Of a stretch of DNA of 56,278 nucleotides, positions 25,397 through 33,671 are shown one piece after another. The notes beneath the pieces were generated by a model, which had not been told where the DNA came from, ran no database searches, and saw only the letters and a program-made list of their open reading frames with translations. The stretch's first letter is position 1. Each line of letters opens with the position of its first letter. The translations under genes were made by a program, and so were the position numbers. The DNA is taken from positions 1-56,278 of the IMG/VR virus record IMGVR_UViG_3300006916_000005, one strand, 5' to 3'. The DNA comes from a virus. Its lineage: Duplodnaviria > Caudoviricetes.

Positions 25397-27682
25397 CTAA
25401 ATCGGAATTTCTTGTTGAGGGTCGTTCTCCGCGTCGTCCCAGTCGAACGGTCCGCCATAGAGATCATCGAAGGTCGATCGACAAGTCTCGACTTTTGGCA
25501 TCTGCCAGCCTCGCCGACCATCCCGCTTGATCCCGATCGCTCCCATCTTCTTCATCTCTTCGGCGATGCCCATCTCCGTCTGACGGCGGCTGACCTTCGC
25601 TTGATCGGCGAAGTGGACGTAGGAGTTCGTCAGCTGTTGCGTCGTGATGTATCCGGGCCAGTCATCGCCCTCGACGAAGCCAGCTCGATCGAGGCTGATG
25701 AAGAGCCACTCCCGGAGGCTGTCGAACGTCCGCTTCTTCTGATCCTGAAGCGCCTCTGTCTTGGGCGCGTTCCGGACGTGCCATCCCTTCAGGTCGACCG
25801 ACAGGAGGAAGTGGAGAAGGTTCGCTTTCCCCTCGCCCTTGTAGAACCTGTCCTTGATCCGGGCGAAGTAGCTCTCGTCCTGTTTCCGTTCGTCGGAGAC
25901 GTCGAGGACGAAGTAGCGGCGAGCGTCCGCCCCAGCCGGGACGACCCAGTCCGAGTTCGAGGACATCACGAGGTGGACATAGTTCGAGCCTTGGACGATG
26001 TCGACGCCCTTCGCTTCGAACGCCCGGTTCGCGTCGGTGATCAGCGCCTTCAGGTCCGCTTCGTGTTTCTTGTCCCCGGCGAAGAACGCCTCGTTCGCGT
26101 GGACGAAGACCTTGTCCCGGAGGTGTCCGTTGAACTTCCCGACGACCTGTTCGGAGGCGGCTGTCTCAAAATAGTGGTGCTTCATCAGAGAGCCGATCGC
26201 CTCGACGAAGGTGTTCTTCCCGGTCCCCTCTCGCCCACGGAGGACGAGCGCGACTTCCGACTGGGTCGCCGGGTGCTGGACCAGACGAGCGCACCATTTG
26301 ACGACATAGTCGAAATGTTCCTCGTTGCCTGAACAGATGACATCCCGGATGTGATCGAGGATCAGCTGGTGATCTGTCCCAGCCTTCGGAGCGACGGAGA
26401 AGCCGCGCCAGAGGTTGTAATGATCGTTCGGGACCTCGCCTCCCGGAGCGAAGACGACCTTCTTGTAGGACCGCCTCTGTGGGTGGCTGAACCACCACTT
26501 ACCCCTCGACTTATAGATAGGCATCCCGTTTTGATCGTCGCCGACGTGGACTTGGATGTTCGAGAAGTAGTTCACGAACGCCCCTTGATCCATGAAGGAC
26601 AGCTCCCCGTTGGGTTCCTCTTCGACGACCCGGAGCTTCCCGCCGACCAGCGTCACGAAGTATTGATCGTTCATATCTGGGAGGTCCTCGTGGACCGCTG
26701 TCTCCTTGGCTCTCTGGATTTGCCGGACGACGTAGCCTTCCGGGTTCCCTTGGTCGAGGGTGTGGCCCGATATGCCCAAGGTGCTGTCGAGCAACACGGC
26801 GGCGATGTAGTCGTCCGGGACGCCAGCTCTGACCAGCTCACAAACGACATAGAAGGTCGCTCTCGATCGGTCTCCGTTCCAGCGGTTGCCGTCCTCGACG
26901 TCGGAGCCGTTGACGATCAGCATGGGGACGGAGGGGTGGAACTCTCCTTCCGTGGCGACAGCCTCCAGCTCCGGCCCCACGTCGTCGAGCCGAGGGAGGT
27001 TGCCTGACAGAGACACGGTGACGCGACCTCCGTCAGCCTTTGTTCCGCCGTCGATCTTGGGAGCCTTCTGGAAGTTCGAGAGGTCATAGCGGAGCTTGTG
27101 ATCAAAGTGGACGACATCCGTCGGAGCTTCGGCCCGACCCTTCGATCGCTTCTTGGCGTTCGGGATGTTGATCGTCCCGGGGAGCCTCATGATCCGGTCG
27201 ATGTTGTGGCAATGGTCGCCCTTGTATTCCAGCTCCAGCCAGCGGTTGAAGCTCTCGTGATCCGTCCAGTCTCCGCTGTCTGGGGTCGACGGCTTGTCGA
27301 GATGCCAGAACGCTTGATAGCCTCCGCCGCTGTCGATGATCAGGGTCGGCGTTGGGTTCGCCTCCTTCAGCGTCTTCAGGATGTTCGCGCGCTCCGCCGG
27401 GACGAGGTTCGGGTCCGTGGTCTGTGGGTCGACGTCGACGTGAAGCCACTCCGCCTCGACGATGTCCTCCTTCTTCGCCTTCTTGGTCAGGTTCTTGTCG
27501 CCGGAGCTGTTGACCTGAAAATAGATGTTCTCGTGACCTGATCGCTGGGAGATCGCGGTCTCCATCTGGTCGATCCGATCCTCGAAGAAGGTCGTCGTCG
27601 TGACACGACCGTCCGGGACGATGAACGTCAAGGTCCATGGCCCACCGGGGCGGAATTTTTGCAAGAATTCAATGCTGTTCAT
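25397..27682 (-). CDS. Primase-helicase (RepB-type AEP primase plus SF3/DUF5906 ATPase)
   Basis: DVD, SGGG.Q, RIMRLPGT.N motifs; Walker A G.EGTGKN; ARRYFV. Confidence 0.9.
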   Translation of the reverse strand: MNSIEFLQKFRPGGPWTLTFIVPDGRVTTTTFFEDRIDQMETAISQRSGHENIYFQVNSSGDKNLTKKAKKEDIVEAEWLHVDVDPQTTDPNLVPAERANILKTLKEANPTPTLIIDSGGGYQAFWHLDKPSTPDSGDWTDHESFNRWLELEYKGDHCHNIDRIMRLPGTINIPNAKKRSKGRAEAPTDVVHFDHKLRYDLSNFQKAPKIDGGTKADGGRVTVSLSGNLPRLDDVGPELEAVATEGEFHPSVPMLIVNGSDVEDGNRWNGDRSRATFYVVCELVRAGVPDDYIAAVLLDSTLGISGHTLDQGNPEGYVVRQIQRAKETAVHEDLPDMNDQYFVTLVGGKLRVVEEEPNGELSFMDQGAFVNYFSNIQVHVGDDQNGMPIYKSRGKWWFSHPQRRSYKKVVFAPGGEVPNDHYNLWRGFSVAPKAGTDHQLILDHIRDVICSGNEEHFDYVVKWCARLVQHPATQSEVALVLRGREGTGKNTFVEAIGSLMKHHYFETAASEQVVGKFNGHLRDKVFVHANEAFFAGDKKHEADLKALITDANRAFEAKGVDIVQGSNYVHLVMSSNSDWVVPAGADARRYFVLDVSDERKQDESYFARIKDRFYKGEGKANLLHFLLSVDLKGWHVRNAPKTEALQDQKKRTFDSLREWLFISLDRAGFVEGDDWPGYITTQQLTNSYVHFADQAKVSRRQTEMGIAEEMKKMGAIGIKRDGRRGWQMPKVETCRSTFDDLYGGPFDWDDAENDPQQEIPI

Positions 27683-27720
27683 AAGGCGGCTTTCTTGGTC
27701 AGGCGGATGTAAAGGGGAGC

Positions 27721-28038
27721 TTACTTCTGGAGCTTCCAGAAGTCAATGAGGTGTTGACAATCCTCGTGTCCTTTTTCCATCCGGTTGACCCAGAGGCGGG
27801 ACAAACCCAGCTCCTTCGCGAGCGCTCCCTGTGACATCTTCGATCGGTTGCGCATGATCACGCAAGCCTCGAAGTCCGACAGACGCCGCTTCAGCTTGCC
27901 GTTCTGGTTGCCTTCTTTCGCTTGATACTGGTGGCGGGTCAGACCCAGCCGATCAGCCATCTCGACCTGATCGAGACCGTCCCTGTGACGCTTGACCGCC
28001 AGCCATTCACCTTGATTAATTTCGAGCAAGTATCGCAT
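27721..28038 (-). CDS. Tandem XRE-type HTH regulator
   Basis: Two HTH repeats (Q.EMA..LGL and SQ..LA..LGLS...V..ME.G). Confidence 0.8.
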   Translation of the reverse strand: MRYLLEINQGEWLAVKRHRDGLDQVEMADRLGLTRHQYQAKEGNQNGKLKRRLSDFEACVIMRNRSKMSQGALAKELGLSRLWVNRMEKGHEDCQHLIDFWKLQK

Positions 28039-28429
28039 CGCGAAGCTCTCCTTTCATATCCTTGAAGCTCTCCCAGTGGCCGTCCGCCAGCATGATCAGC
28101 TCCATTCTTGTCACTCGCCCCAGATGATCGGCGGCGGTGTCTCCCCAGATCAGGAGATGTTCCTTCCCGACACCTATCAGGACGAAACACAATCCGCCAG
28201 CCTTACATCTGCGCTTGTGCCACACCCTTTGCTGTGGGCTGTAGTGATCGAGCCGGAGCGGGGTGTCCGGACGCTTGGGCCACTCCCGCACATATTTCAG
28301 TTCGACGTCGCAGACCGTGCAATTCACGTCAGGGACACCATCGGCGTCCGGGGTCTCGATCCGTTGCGGGTCCCAGCCCGAGAAGGCTGGTTTCACCGTC
28401 CGCCAGTATTGGCCCTCTCTAGTTCCCAT
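28016..28429 (-). CDS. PD-(D/E)xK nuclease, putative Holliday junction resolvase
   Basis: RIET....GVPD...ELK and Q..W motifs; adjacent to the polymerase. Confidence 0.75.
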   Translation of the reverse strand: MGTREGQYWRTVKPAFSGWDPQRIETPDADGVPDVNCTVCDVELKYVREWPKRPDTPLRLDHYSPQQRVWHKRRCKAGGLCFVLIGVGKEHLLIWGDTAADHLGRVTRMELIMLADGHWESFKDMKGELRDAILARN

Positions 28430-28432
28430 CGT

Positions 28433-30391
28433 TCATCCCATACTATCTCCCCAGTTCTTCCCGATCTCCACGTCGACCTTCGAGGGGACACGGAGCTGGA
28501 CACAGTTCGACATGATGTCCGCGAGGATGTGGGCGTCGGATGGAGAAGCGACCGACAGGTCGATCTCGTCATGGACCTGAAGCTGGAGCTGGATGTTCTC
28601 CCGATCGGCGGCGACGACCGCCATCTTCGTCTGATCGGCGGCGGAGCCTTGGATCAGCCTGTTCAGCGCCTTCTGGGTCCAGTCGTAGTTCGGCGACCCC
28701 AGCTGACGAGGGAAGCGACACTTCCGCCCAGAGAGCGTCCGGATGAAGCCGTTCTGGTTCGCGCGCTCTTTCAGGAGGTTCTCCATGTCCCGGAGGAACG
28801 GGAGCTTCCGGTAGAACCGGGAGAGGATTTGTTCCGCCTCATATCCAGCGACGACGCGCTTCGCTCCCTTGTTTGGGCCACGCCTGATCGTGATGATCTT
28901 CGTGTCCAGTCCGAGATCGTTGCAGAGCTTCTCCTGTCCCATCCCGTAGGTCAGCCCGAGGAAGAGCGTCTTCGCCTCCTTCCGGCTGACACCGGCGAGT
29001 TCAGCCATCATCTGATGGTTGTCCGCGTCCGGGTCGGTGCGATACTTCTCCGCCATGGTGTCCGCGCCGTTCATTGGATATTCGCCCAGACCGGCGACCC
29101 CGTTCTTGTGCAGCTGTTGCATCACCTCCGCCCAGTGGACGAGAAGCCGTGGCTCCTGTTGCGAGTAGTCACAAGCCGCCCACAGAGCGCCTTCTTCCGG
29201 CTCGTAGATCGACCGCCAGAGGGGACCGATCTCTTCGTCCCGTGCCGGTTGCTGTTGCATGTTCACATGCTCGCAAGAGAGGCGACCGTAGCGAGCGCCC
29301 TTGGTCTTCCCGTTGCCGCCTTCCTTCTCCATAGCGAGCTGGTTGAAATTGCAATGAATTCGACCGTTGACCAGATGCTCCTTGACAGGGTCGATCGAGA
29401 GCTTCCGGAGGGTGTCCCACTTCCGGAGATCAGACAGCGCCGCGACAGCCGGGTTCTCGATGTTGTTCGCGATGAAGACCTTGTCCATGCTGTCCTCGAC
29501 GTCGATGTCGATCCCGGTCGCCCGGAAACACTTGGCGAGGACCTCCTTCTGGAGAGCGTCTTCCGGTCCTACCCGAACTCCGGAGGCTTCGGTCATGATC
29601 TTCGCCGCCTCGACCCGACGCTGGAAACAGAGGTTCTCGATGTCCCGGAGCTTCTCTTCGTTGACCCGGACGCCGCGTCTCTTCATCCGGACCAGCGCCG
29701 GGAGAAGATCGCTTTCGAGGTCCCAGACATTGCGGATGTCCTGTCGATCGATCTCCGCCTCTTGCTTTCGGAGGACTTTCAGCGGGAGGGTCGCGTCGAC
29801 CTCCCCATAGACGCCCACGAAGCGAGCCGGAAGGATGTGTATCCACTCGCCAAGCGATCGCTTTTTGCCGTTCCAGCCGTAGGATCGAGCGGCTTCCTCC
29901 ATCATTGTCTTGTCCTTGCGGTGGCCGACCCAAGCCGCTCCGACGCTGTCGAGGCCGTAGGCGAACTTATTCTCGTCGATCAGAGGCTCCGCGACCAGAA
30001 CGTCCCGGAACCGCGCGACGTTTGGCATCAGGACGTCCTCTTCCCAGAGCCAGTCGAGGTCGTAGGACAGGTTCGCGCCGACGATCTCCCCGTCGAAGAA
30101 GTTGCACTGGTCCTTGATGTAGCGCATGACATTCTCCTTCGGGAGATTGTCGCCTTCCTGATGCTGGAACGGGAGATAGAACCCCTTCTCCTTGCCCTCG
30201 CCATAATCGAGGCCCACAGCGATCCCCGCCAGATGTCCGCCGGTCCGGACGGAGGGTCCGGTCTCGAACAGGAAGGGATCGAAGGTCTCGACGTCGAGAC
30301 AGACGCGCTTCAGGCCCTTCCACGATGGAAGGTCAGACAGCGAGGGGAGCGTCCAGTCACACGGCGGAGCAAAGAGAGGGAGCTGTCTCAT
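28433..30391 (-). CDS. polA: Family A DNA polymerase with 3'-5' exonuclease
   Basis: Exo DVET; motif A DYSQQEPR, motif B K...LGLTYG, IQGSAAD and motif C VHDE. Confidence 0.95.
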   Translation of the reverse strand: MRQLPLFAPPCDWTLPSLSDLPSWKGLKRVCLDVETFDPFLFETGPSVRTGGHLAGIAVGLDYGEGKEKGFYLPFQHQEGDNLPKENVMRYIKDQCNFFDGEIVGANLSYDLDWLWEEDVLMPNVARFRDVLVAEPLIDENKFAYGLDSVGAAWVGHRKDKTMMEEAARSYGWNGKKRSLGEWIHILPARFVGVYGEVDATLPLKVLRKQEAEIDRQDIRNVWDLESDLLPALVRMKRRGVRVNEEKLRDIENLCFQRRVEAAKIMTEASGVRVGPEDALQKEVLAKCFRATGIDIDVEDSMDKVFIANNIENPAVAALSDLRKWDTLRKLSIDPVKEHLVNGRIHCNFNQLAMEKEGGNGKTKGARYGRLSCEHVNMQQQPARDEEIGPLWRSIYEPEEGALWAACDYSQQEPRLLVHWAEVMQQLHKNGVAGLGEYPMNGADTMAEKYRTDPDADNHQMMAELAGVSRKEAKTLFLGLTYGMGQEKLCNDLGLDTKIITIRRGPNKGAKRVVAGYEAEQILSRFYRKLPFLRDMENLLKERANQNGFIRTLSGRKCRFPRQLGSPNYDWTQKALNRLIQGSAADQTKMAVVAADRENIQLQLQVHDEIDLSVASPSDAHILADIMSNCVQLRVPSKVDVEIGKNWGDSMG

Positions 30392-30948
30392 ATTGCGAAA
30401 AGTTCCTTCTTCCATGGGTGGCTGTCGCTGATAGTCGTCGACAAGACGTCCAGAACGTCAGCTCGTATCCCCGTTTCTTGCATCTGTGGGAAGGTCATCA
30501 GAACGCGAACACAGTTCTCCGCCTTCACCTCCATGAACCTGTTCCCCATCTTGACTTCGTCCAGAGCGTAGAACGTCGGCTCCAAGAGATCAAGGAACGC
30601 CAGATCGGAGGCTTCCTGATCGGTCAGCTCGACCACGATCCGGAGCTTCTCGCGGACCATCTCCGCCAGCTCGTGTTCCAGATCGCGCGCCCGGTTGTTC
30701 GAGAGCGGCTTCTTCGCGCCCCAAGGCCAGTCGCCCACGAGACCCTCGTGTCCGGCGTCGTGGAACGTCACAGCCTTAGCCAGAGCGGGCGTCATGCGGT
30801 CTTCGAGGATCGTGTAGCCGAGGACGAGCATCTGGTGGGAGTGTTGCCCCACGAGGTCCTCTTGGATTATCCGGTCGGCATGCCAGCGCTTGACAAACCC
30901 TCCTTCTCGGAGGGTCACGATCCGTTCAGCTTTTGTCGGTTCGGTCAT
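30388..30948 (-). CDS. HD-domain deoxynucleotidase (YfbR-like)
   Basis: 186 aa from MTEPTK; KRWH, V.QHS, HD...E...GD and D.LE motifs. Confidence 0.8.
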   Translation of the reverse strand: MTEPTKAERIVTLREGGFVKRWHADRIIQEDLVGQHSHQMLVLGYTILEDRMTPALAKAVTFHDAGHEGLVGDWPWGAKKPLSNNRARDLEHELAEMVREKLRIVVELTDQEASDLAFLDLLEPTFYALDEVKMGNRFMEVKAENCVRVLMTFPQMQETGIRADVLDVLSTTISDSHPWKKELFAI

Positions 30949-31675
30949 TTTTCTCTCTTTCCATGTTGACGAAGTGTTCAGCGGCGGCTCTCCAGTCATC
31001 GCCCTTGGGCATCTGGTGGAGTATCTCCAGAGCGGTGTCAAAGTTCCGATCCTCGACGGACATCCCAGCCGCCGCCATCGGGGTCGCGATCTTCCGGAAC
31101 CAGCTCTCGCGGAAGCCCACGGTCATCGGGTTCTCCCGGTAGATCGAGGCGTCCTGATCCCATATCTTCGGCGTGGTCGAGAACTGGTGTCTCGTATGGA
31201 GTTGCGTGTAGATCGTCGCGAGGTCGGGGTTGTCAGGCTCCGGGATGGGATCGAGGAAGAAGAACGGCTGGGTCAGGATAAGGCGGAGGGGTCCGGGACG
31301 TTTTCCGAGATGGTGACAGAGCCGAAGCCACATAAAGCAAGCCTCGACGATCATCCCATCGAGGAAGAATTCCTCGACCGACTTGTTCTCGTTCAGCGTG
31401 GTCAGTCCGTGCGAGACGTCGTCGCCCTCCCATTGCTCGAACTCCCAGTGGTTCTCCCGGAAGAGCGCCTTGAACTTCTTGAACGGGTTCCCGAAGACCC
31501 GGGGGTGGAACTCGACCAGCTGGGTCGGGTTGCGGATCGTCAGACAGACGGGAGACGTGAACGCCCACCGGGCGGGAGCCTCTCCCACCGTGGGGATCAT
31601 TCTGGTGTGATCGAGCGCCGCATTGCAGAGCCATGGATATGCTTGATTGATGTTCTCACAGTTGATGTTGATCAC
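30926..31675 (-). CDS. Degenerate thymidylate-synthase-fold protein (dUMP hydroxymethylase-like)
   Basis: N-terminal N.N.A and PV.....P...V.F.....NPF, C-terminal IA.PM and DWR.A resemble the YuA/M6-type enzyme; no recognisable PC or RS.D catalytic motifs. Confidence 0.55.
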   Translation of the reverse strand: MININCENINQAYPWLCNAALDHTRMIPTVGEAPARWAFTSPVCLTIRNPTQLVEFHPRVFGNPFKKFKALFRENHWEFEQWEGDDVSHGLTTLNENKSVEEFFLDGMIVEACFMWLRLCHHLGKRPGPLRLILTQPFFFLDPIPEPDNPDLATIYTQLHTRHQFSTTPKIWDQDASIYRENPMTVGFRESWFRKIATPMAAAGMSVEDRNFDTALEILHQMPKGDDWRAAAEHFVNMEREKNDRTDKS

Positions 31676-32148
31676 GGTGTATCCTTGAATTTGAGGTCGT
31701 AGGCGTGTTCGATGATGTCGTCGCGTTTATACATCATCCGATAAATCATCCCGCGAGACATCCCGCGCTCCTTCAGCTTCGCGAGCGTGTCCCCGGTCTT
31801 AGGCTCCACGATCTCCCAGACGTCGAACCAGCGGCTCCCCGGGAGGAACGGGTTCCCCTTGCATATGACCCGGATCGGAGTGTCCGGCGGGTGGTAGGCT
31901 TTATGTCTGATCCGTCCAGTGTCCGGTCGACCCATGCCGCGATAGCCGTCCTCCCGGACGGACGACAGGATCGCCTCGATCAGCTCGTCCCGATCTTCCG
32001 GGACGGGGTCCTCCGCTTCGTCCGCCAGCTGTTGCTTGTAAACGGGGACGATGTCCTCGTAGCTGATCGGCTCCCCGTTGTGAGGATAGACGAAGTCTGA
32101 AGGCCACCAGACGTTCTTGAAGTGTGTTCCGAATTTCCAGACAGGCAA
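31672..32148 (-). CDS. Hypothetical protein, possibly DNA-binding
   Basis: 158 aa, TTG start after AAGGAG; C-terminal I.V....NP..PGS motif. Confidence 0.65.
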   Translation of the reverse strand: MPVWKFGTHFKNVWWPSDFVYPHNGEPISYEDIVPVYKQQLADEAEDPVPEDRDELIEAILSSVREDGYRGMGRPDTGRIRHKAYHPPDTPIRVICKGNPFLPGSRWFDVWEIVEPKTGDTLAKLKERGMSRGMIYRMMYKRDDIIEHAYDLKFKDTP

Positions 32149-32203
32149 CGGTCAGGCTCCTTTCTCCTCGATCCTTATCACAGGACTGGGGCGAGTGTAA
32201 ATA

Positions 32204-32605
32204 TCATTTATCGGCGGGTGTAAATCCGAGACAGCGTTGGAGACGACTGATCGCCAGCTTATTGTCTCCCCTGCGGATCGCGTCGATCGCCCATCTGATC
32301 TCGCTCTCGAGGGTCGCGCCGCCTTCAGCCACCTTCGCCAGCATCCGGCGATCGACCTCCGCGAAGCCGGTGTCGCGCATCGGCGGCTCTTGGATCACTC
32401 CGGTCCACTTGGGCGCGTTGAACGGCTCCATCGCCTCCTTGACGCCATCCCGGAAGTCCCGGAGCTTCGCCGGGTCCGGGTCCATGTGGCTCTTCAGGCA
32501 ATGCGAAGCCACGCGGATCGCATCGAGGACCTTTTCGCCCCGGGGTGGGAAGAGCCGATCGAAGTCGGCTCTCTTTTTGTTCCTTTCCATCAGCGGTTCT
32601 CCCAT
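32204..32605 (-). CDS. Hypothetical protein
   Basis: 133 aa from MGEPLME; TAATG coupling. Confidence 0.65.
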   Translation of the reverse strand: MGEPLMERNKKRADFDRLFPPRGEKVLDAIRVASHCLKSHMDPDPAKLRDFRDGVKEAMEPFNAPKWTGVIQEPPMRDTGFAEVDRRMLAKVAEGGATLESEIRWAIDAIRRGDNKLAISRLQRCLGFTPADK

Positions 32606-32913
32606 TAGAAAAGGTTCGCGATGACCATCCCGGCGAGGACCCGGGCGTCGGCGTGTTGACGGGAGATGCCACAGCCCAGAAGCTCCCAGACCTTGTCGCC
32701 GCCGAACTTCGACATCGAACCGATCTTGGTTCCGTCGCTGTTGCGGAGGACGATCAGGTAGAAGTCCCACTTTGTGTTGCCTTCTTCGTCATACTGGACC
32801 GGCTGGACGTCGAGGGTCAGGGTCTCGCCATTCACGGTCACGGTGTCGTCGGTGGCGACCAGCTCCAGCTCGTCGTTGATCCAGTTTTCGGGGTTGAATG
32901 TCATAGTGGTCAT
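32605..32913 (-). CDS. Hypothetical protein (first gene of a cassette)
   Basis: 102 aa behind repeat and GGAG RBS. Confidence 0.8.
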   Translation of the reverse strand: MTTMTFNPENWINDELELVATDDTVTVNGETLTLDVQPVQYDEEGNTKWDFYLIVLRNSDGTKIGSMSKFGGDKVWELLGCGISRQHADARVLAGMVIANLF

Positions 32914-32923
32914 TGGTCTATCT

Positions 32924-32969
32924 CCGTTTCTGATGATCCAGAGATAGTCTATCTCCCGGCAGATGTAAA
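32924..32969 (-). promoter_or_regulatory. Promoter/leader repeat copy 11
   Basis: TTTACATCTGCCGGGAGATAGACTATCTCTGGATCATCAGAAACGG. Confidence 0.85.
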
Positions 32970-32992
32970 CCCCCCGCCGGGAAATAATTTGT

Positions 32993-33490
32993 TCAGAGAA
33001 TGGAAACGAGTTTCCGGACGTTGTCCCGGAGCGTGTCCAGCGATCCGTTGTTGAAGACGATCCAGTCCGGGTTCGCGCTCTCTTCGGTGATGTCCATCGA
33101 CCCGGTCTCCGGCGGATGACGTAAGGAGGCGTCGACCCAGATGACCCGATCGAACAGCTCCCGGGCCACGTCCAGCTCGTCCTGTCGCCTCATTCCGACA
33201 TACATGTCGAACCCACGCTCCAGCATCGTCCGGGCTGTCTTCGCCTTGTCTGGCGTGTTGTAGGCGCTGATCATCTGCATCCAGAGGACGCGGTGGTTCA
33301 CTCGGTCCGCGAACATGTCCTCGAAGCTGTCGTAGACCGCGCATCCCCAGTTGTCCCACATGACCTCCCGGGCCACAAACTCCGAAGAGCTGGTGAACCG
33401 GAAGCCGAACTCGTCGCGAAGTATCTCGCCGACCGTGTCCTTCCCGTGTCGGGCGTAGCCCAAGATCAGGAGCTTCGGGCGGTCAGACAT
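32993..33490 (-). CDS. Deoxynucleoside monophosphate kinase-like P-loop protein
   Basis: ILGYARHGKDT P-loop, G.R...E and NNG.L motifs. Confidence 0.8.
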   Translation of the reverse strand: MSDRPKLLILGYARHGKDTVGEILRDEFGFRFTSSSEFVAREVMWDNWGCAVYDSFEDMFADRVNHRVLWMQMISAYNTPDKAKTARTMLERGFDMYVGMRRQDELDVARELFDRVIWVDASLRHPPETGSMDITEESANPDWIVFNNGSLDTLRDNVRKLVSIL

Positions 33491-33671
33491 CCTTCGCTCC
33501 GACGTTCCAATAGACGTAGGCCATCAGAGCGACGTCGATCGCGGCTCCGATCAGGTTCAGGGTGGCGAGGTCCAAGACAAGGAACAAAACAGCCGCTCCG
33601 AAGATGATCTTGTCGATCTGTGCGGCGATTGCCATCCGAAGTCGGATGTCGGTGATGATTTTCTTCCACAT
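33483..33671 (-). CDS. Small membrane protein
   Basis: 62 aa from MWKKIIT; two hydrophobic segments. Confidence 0.6.
   Translation of the reverse strand: MWKKIITDIRLRMAIAAQIDKIIFGAAVLFLVLDLATLNLIGAAIDVALMAYVYWNVGAKDV

Noticed and set aside
25397-28038. Lysogeny module (HTH repressor plus integrase)
   Set aside because: The large neighbouring gene has primase and SF3 helicase motifs, not recombinase motifs, and no att-like site is evident
28076-30571. Long plus-strand ORFs (831 aa here; also 176..1678, 12394..13977, 21510..23030, 51113..52669)
   Set aside because: They are antisense shadows of GC-rich minus-strand genes, with no RBS or recognisable motifs
16490-30948. 2-aminoadenine (Z) pathway suggested by HD, MazG-like and PolA genes
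   Set aside because: No PurZ/PurA-like gene is present, and restriction-site avoidance argues for unprotected DNA
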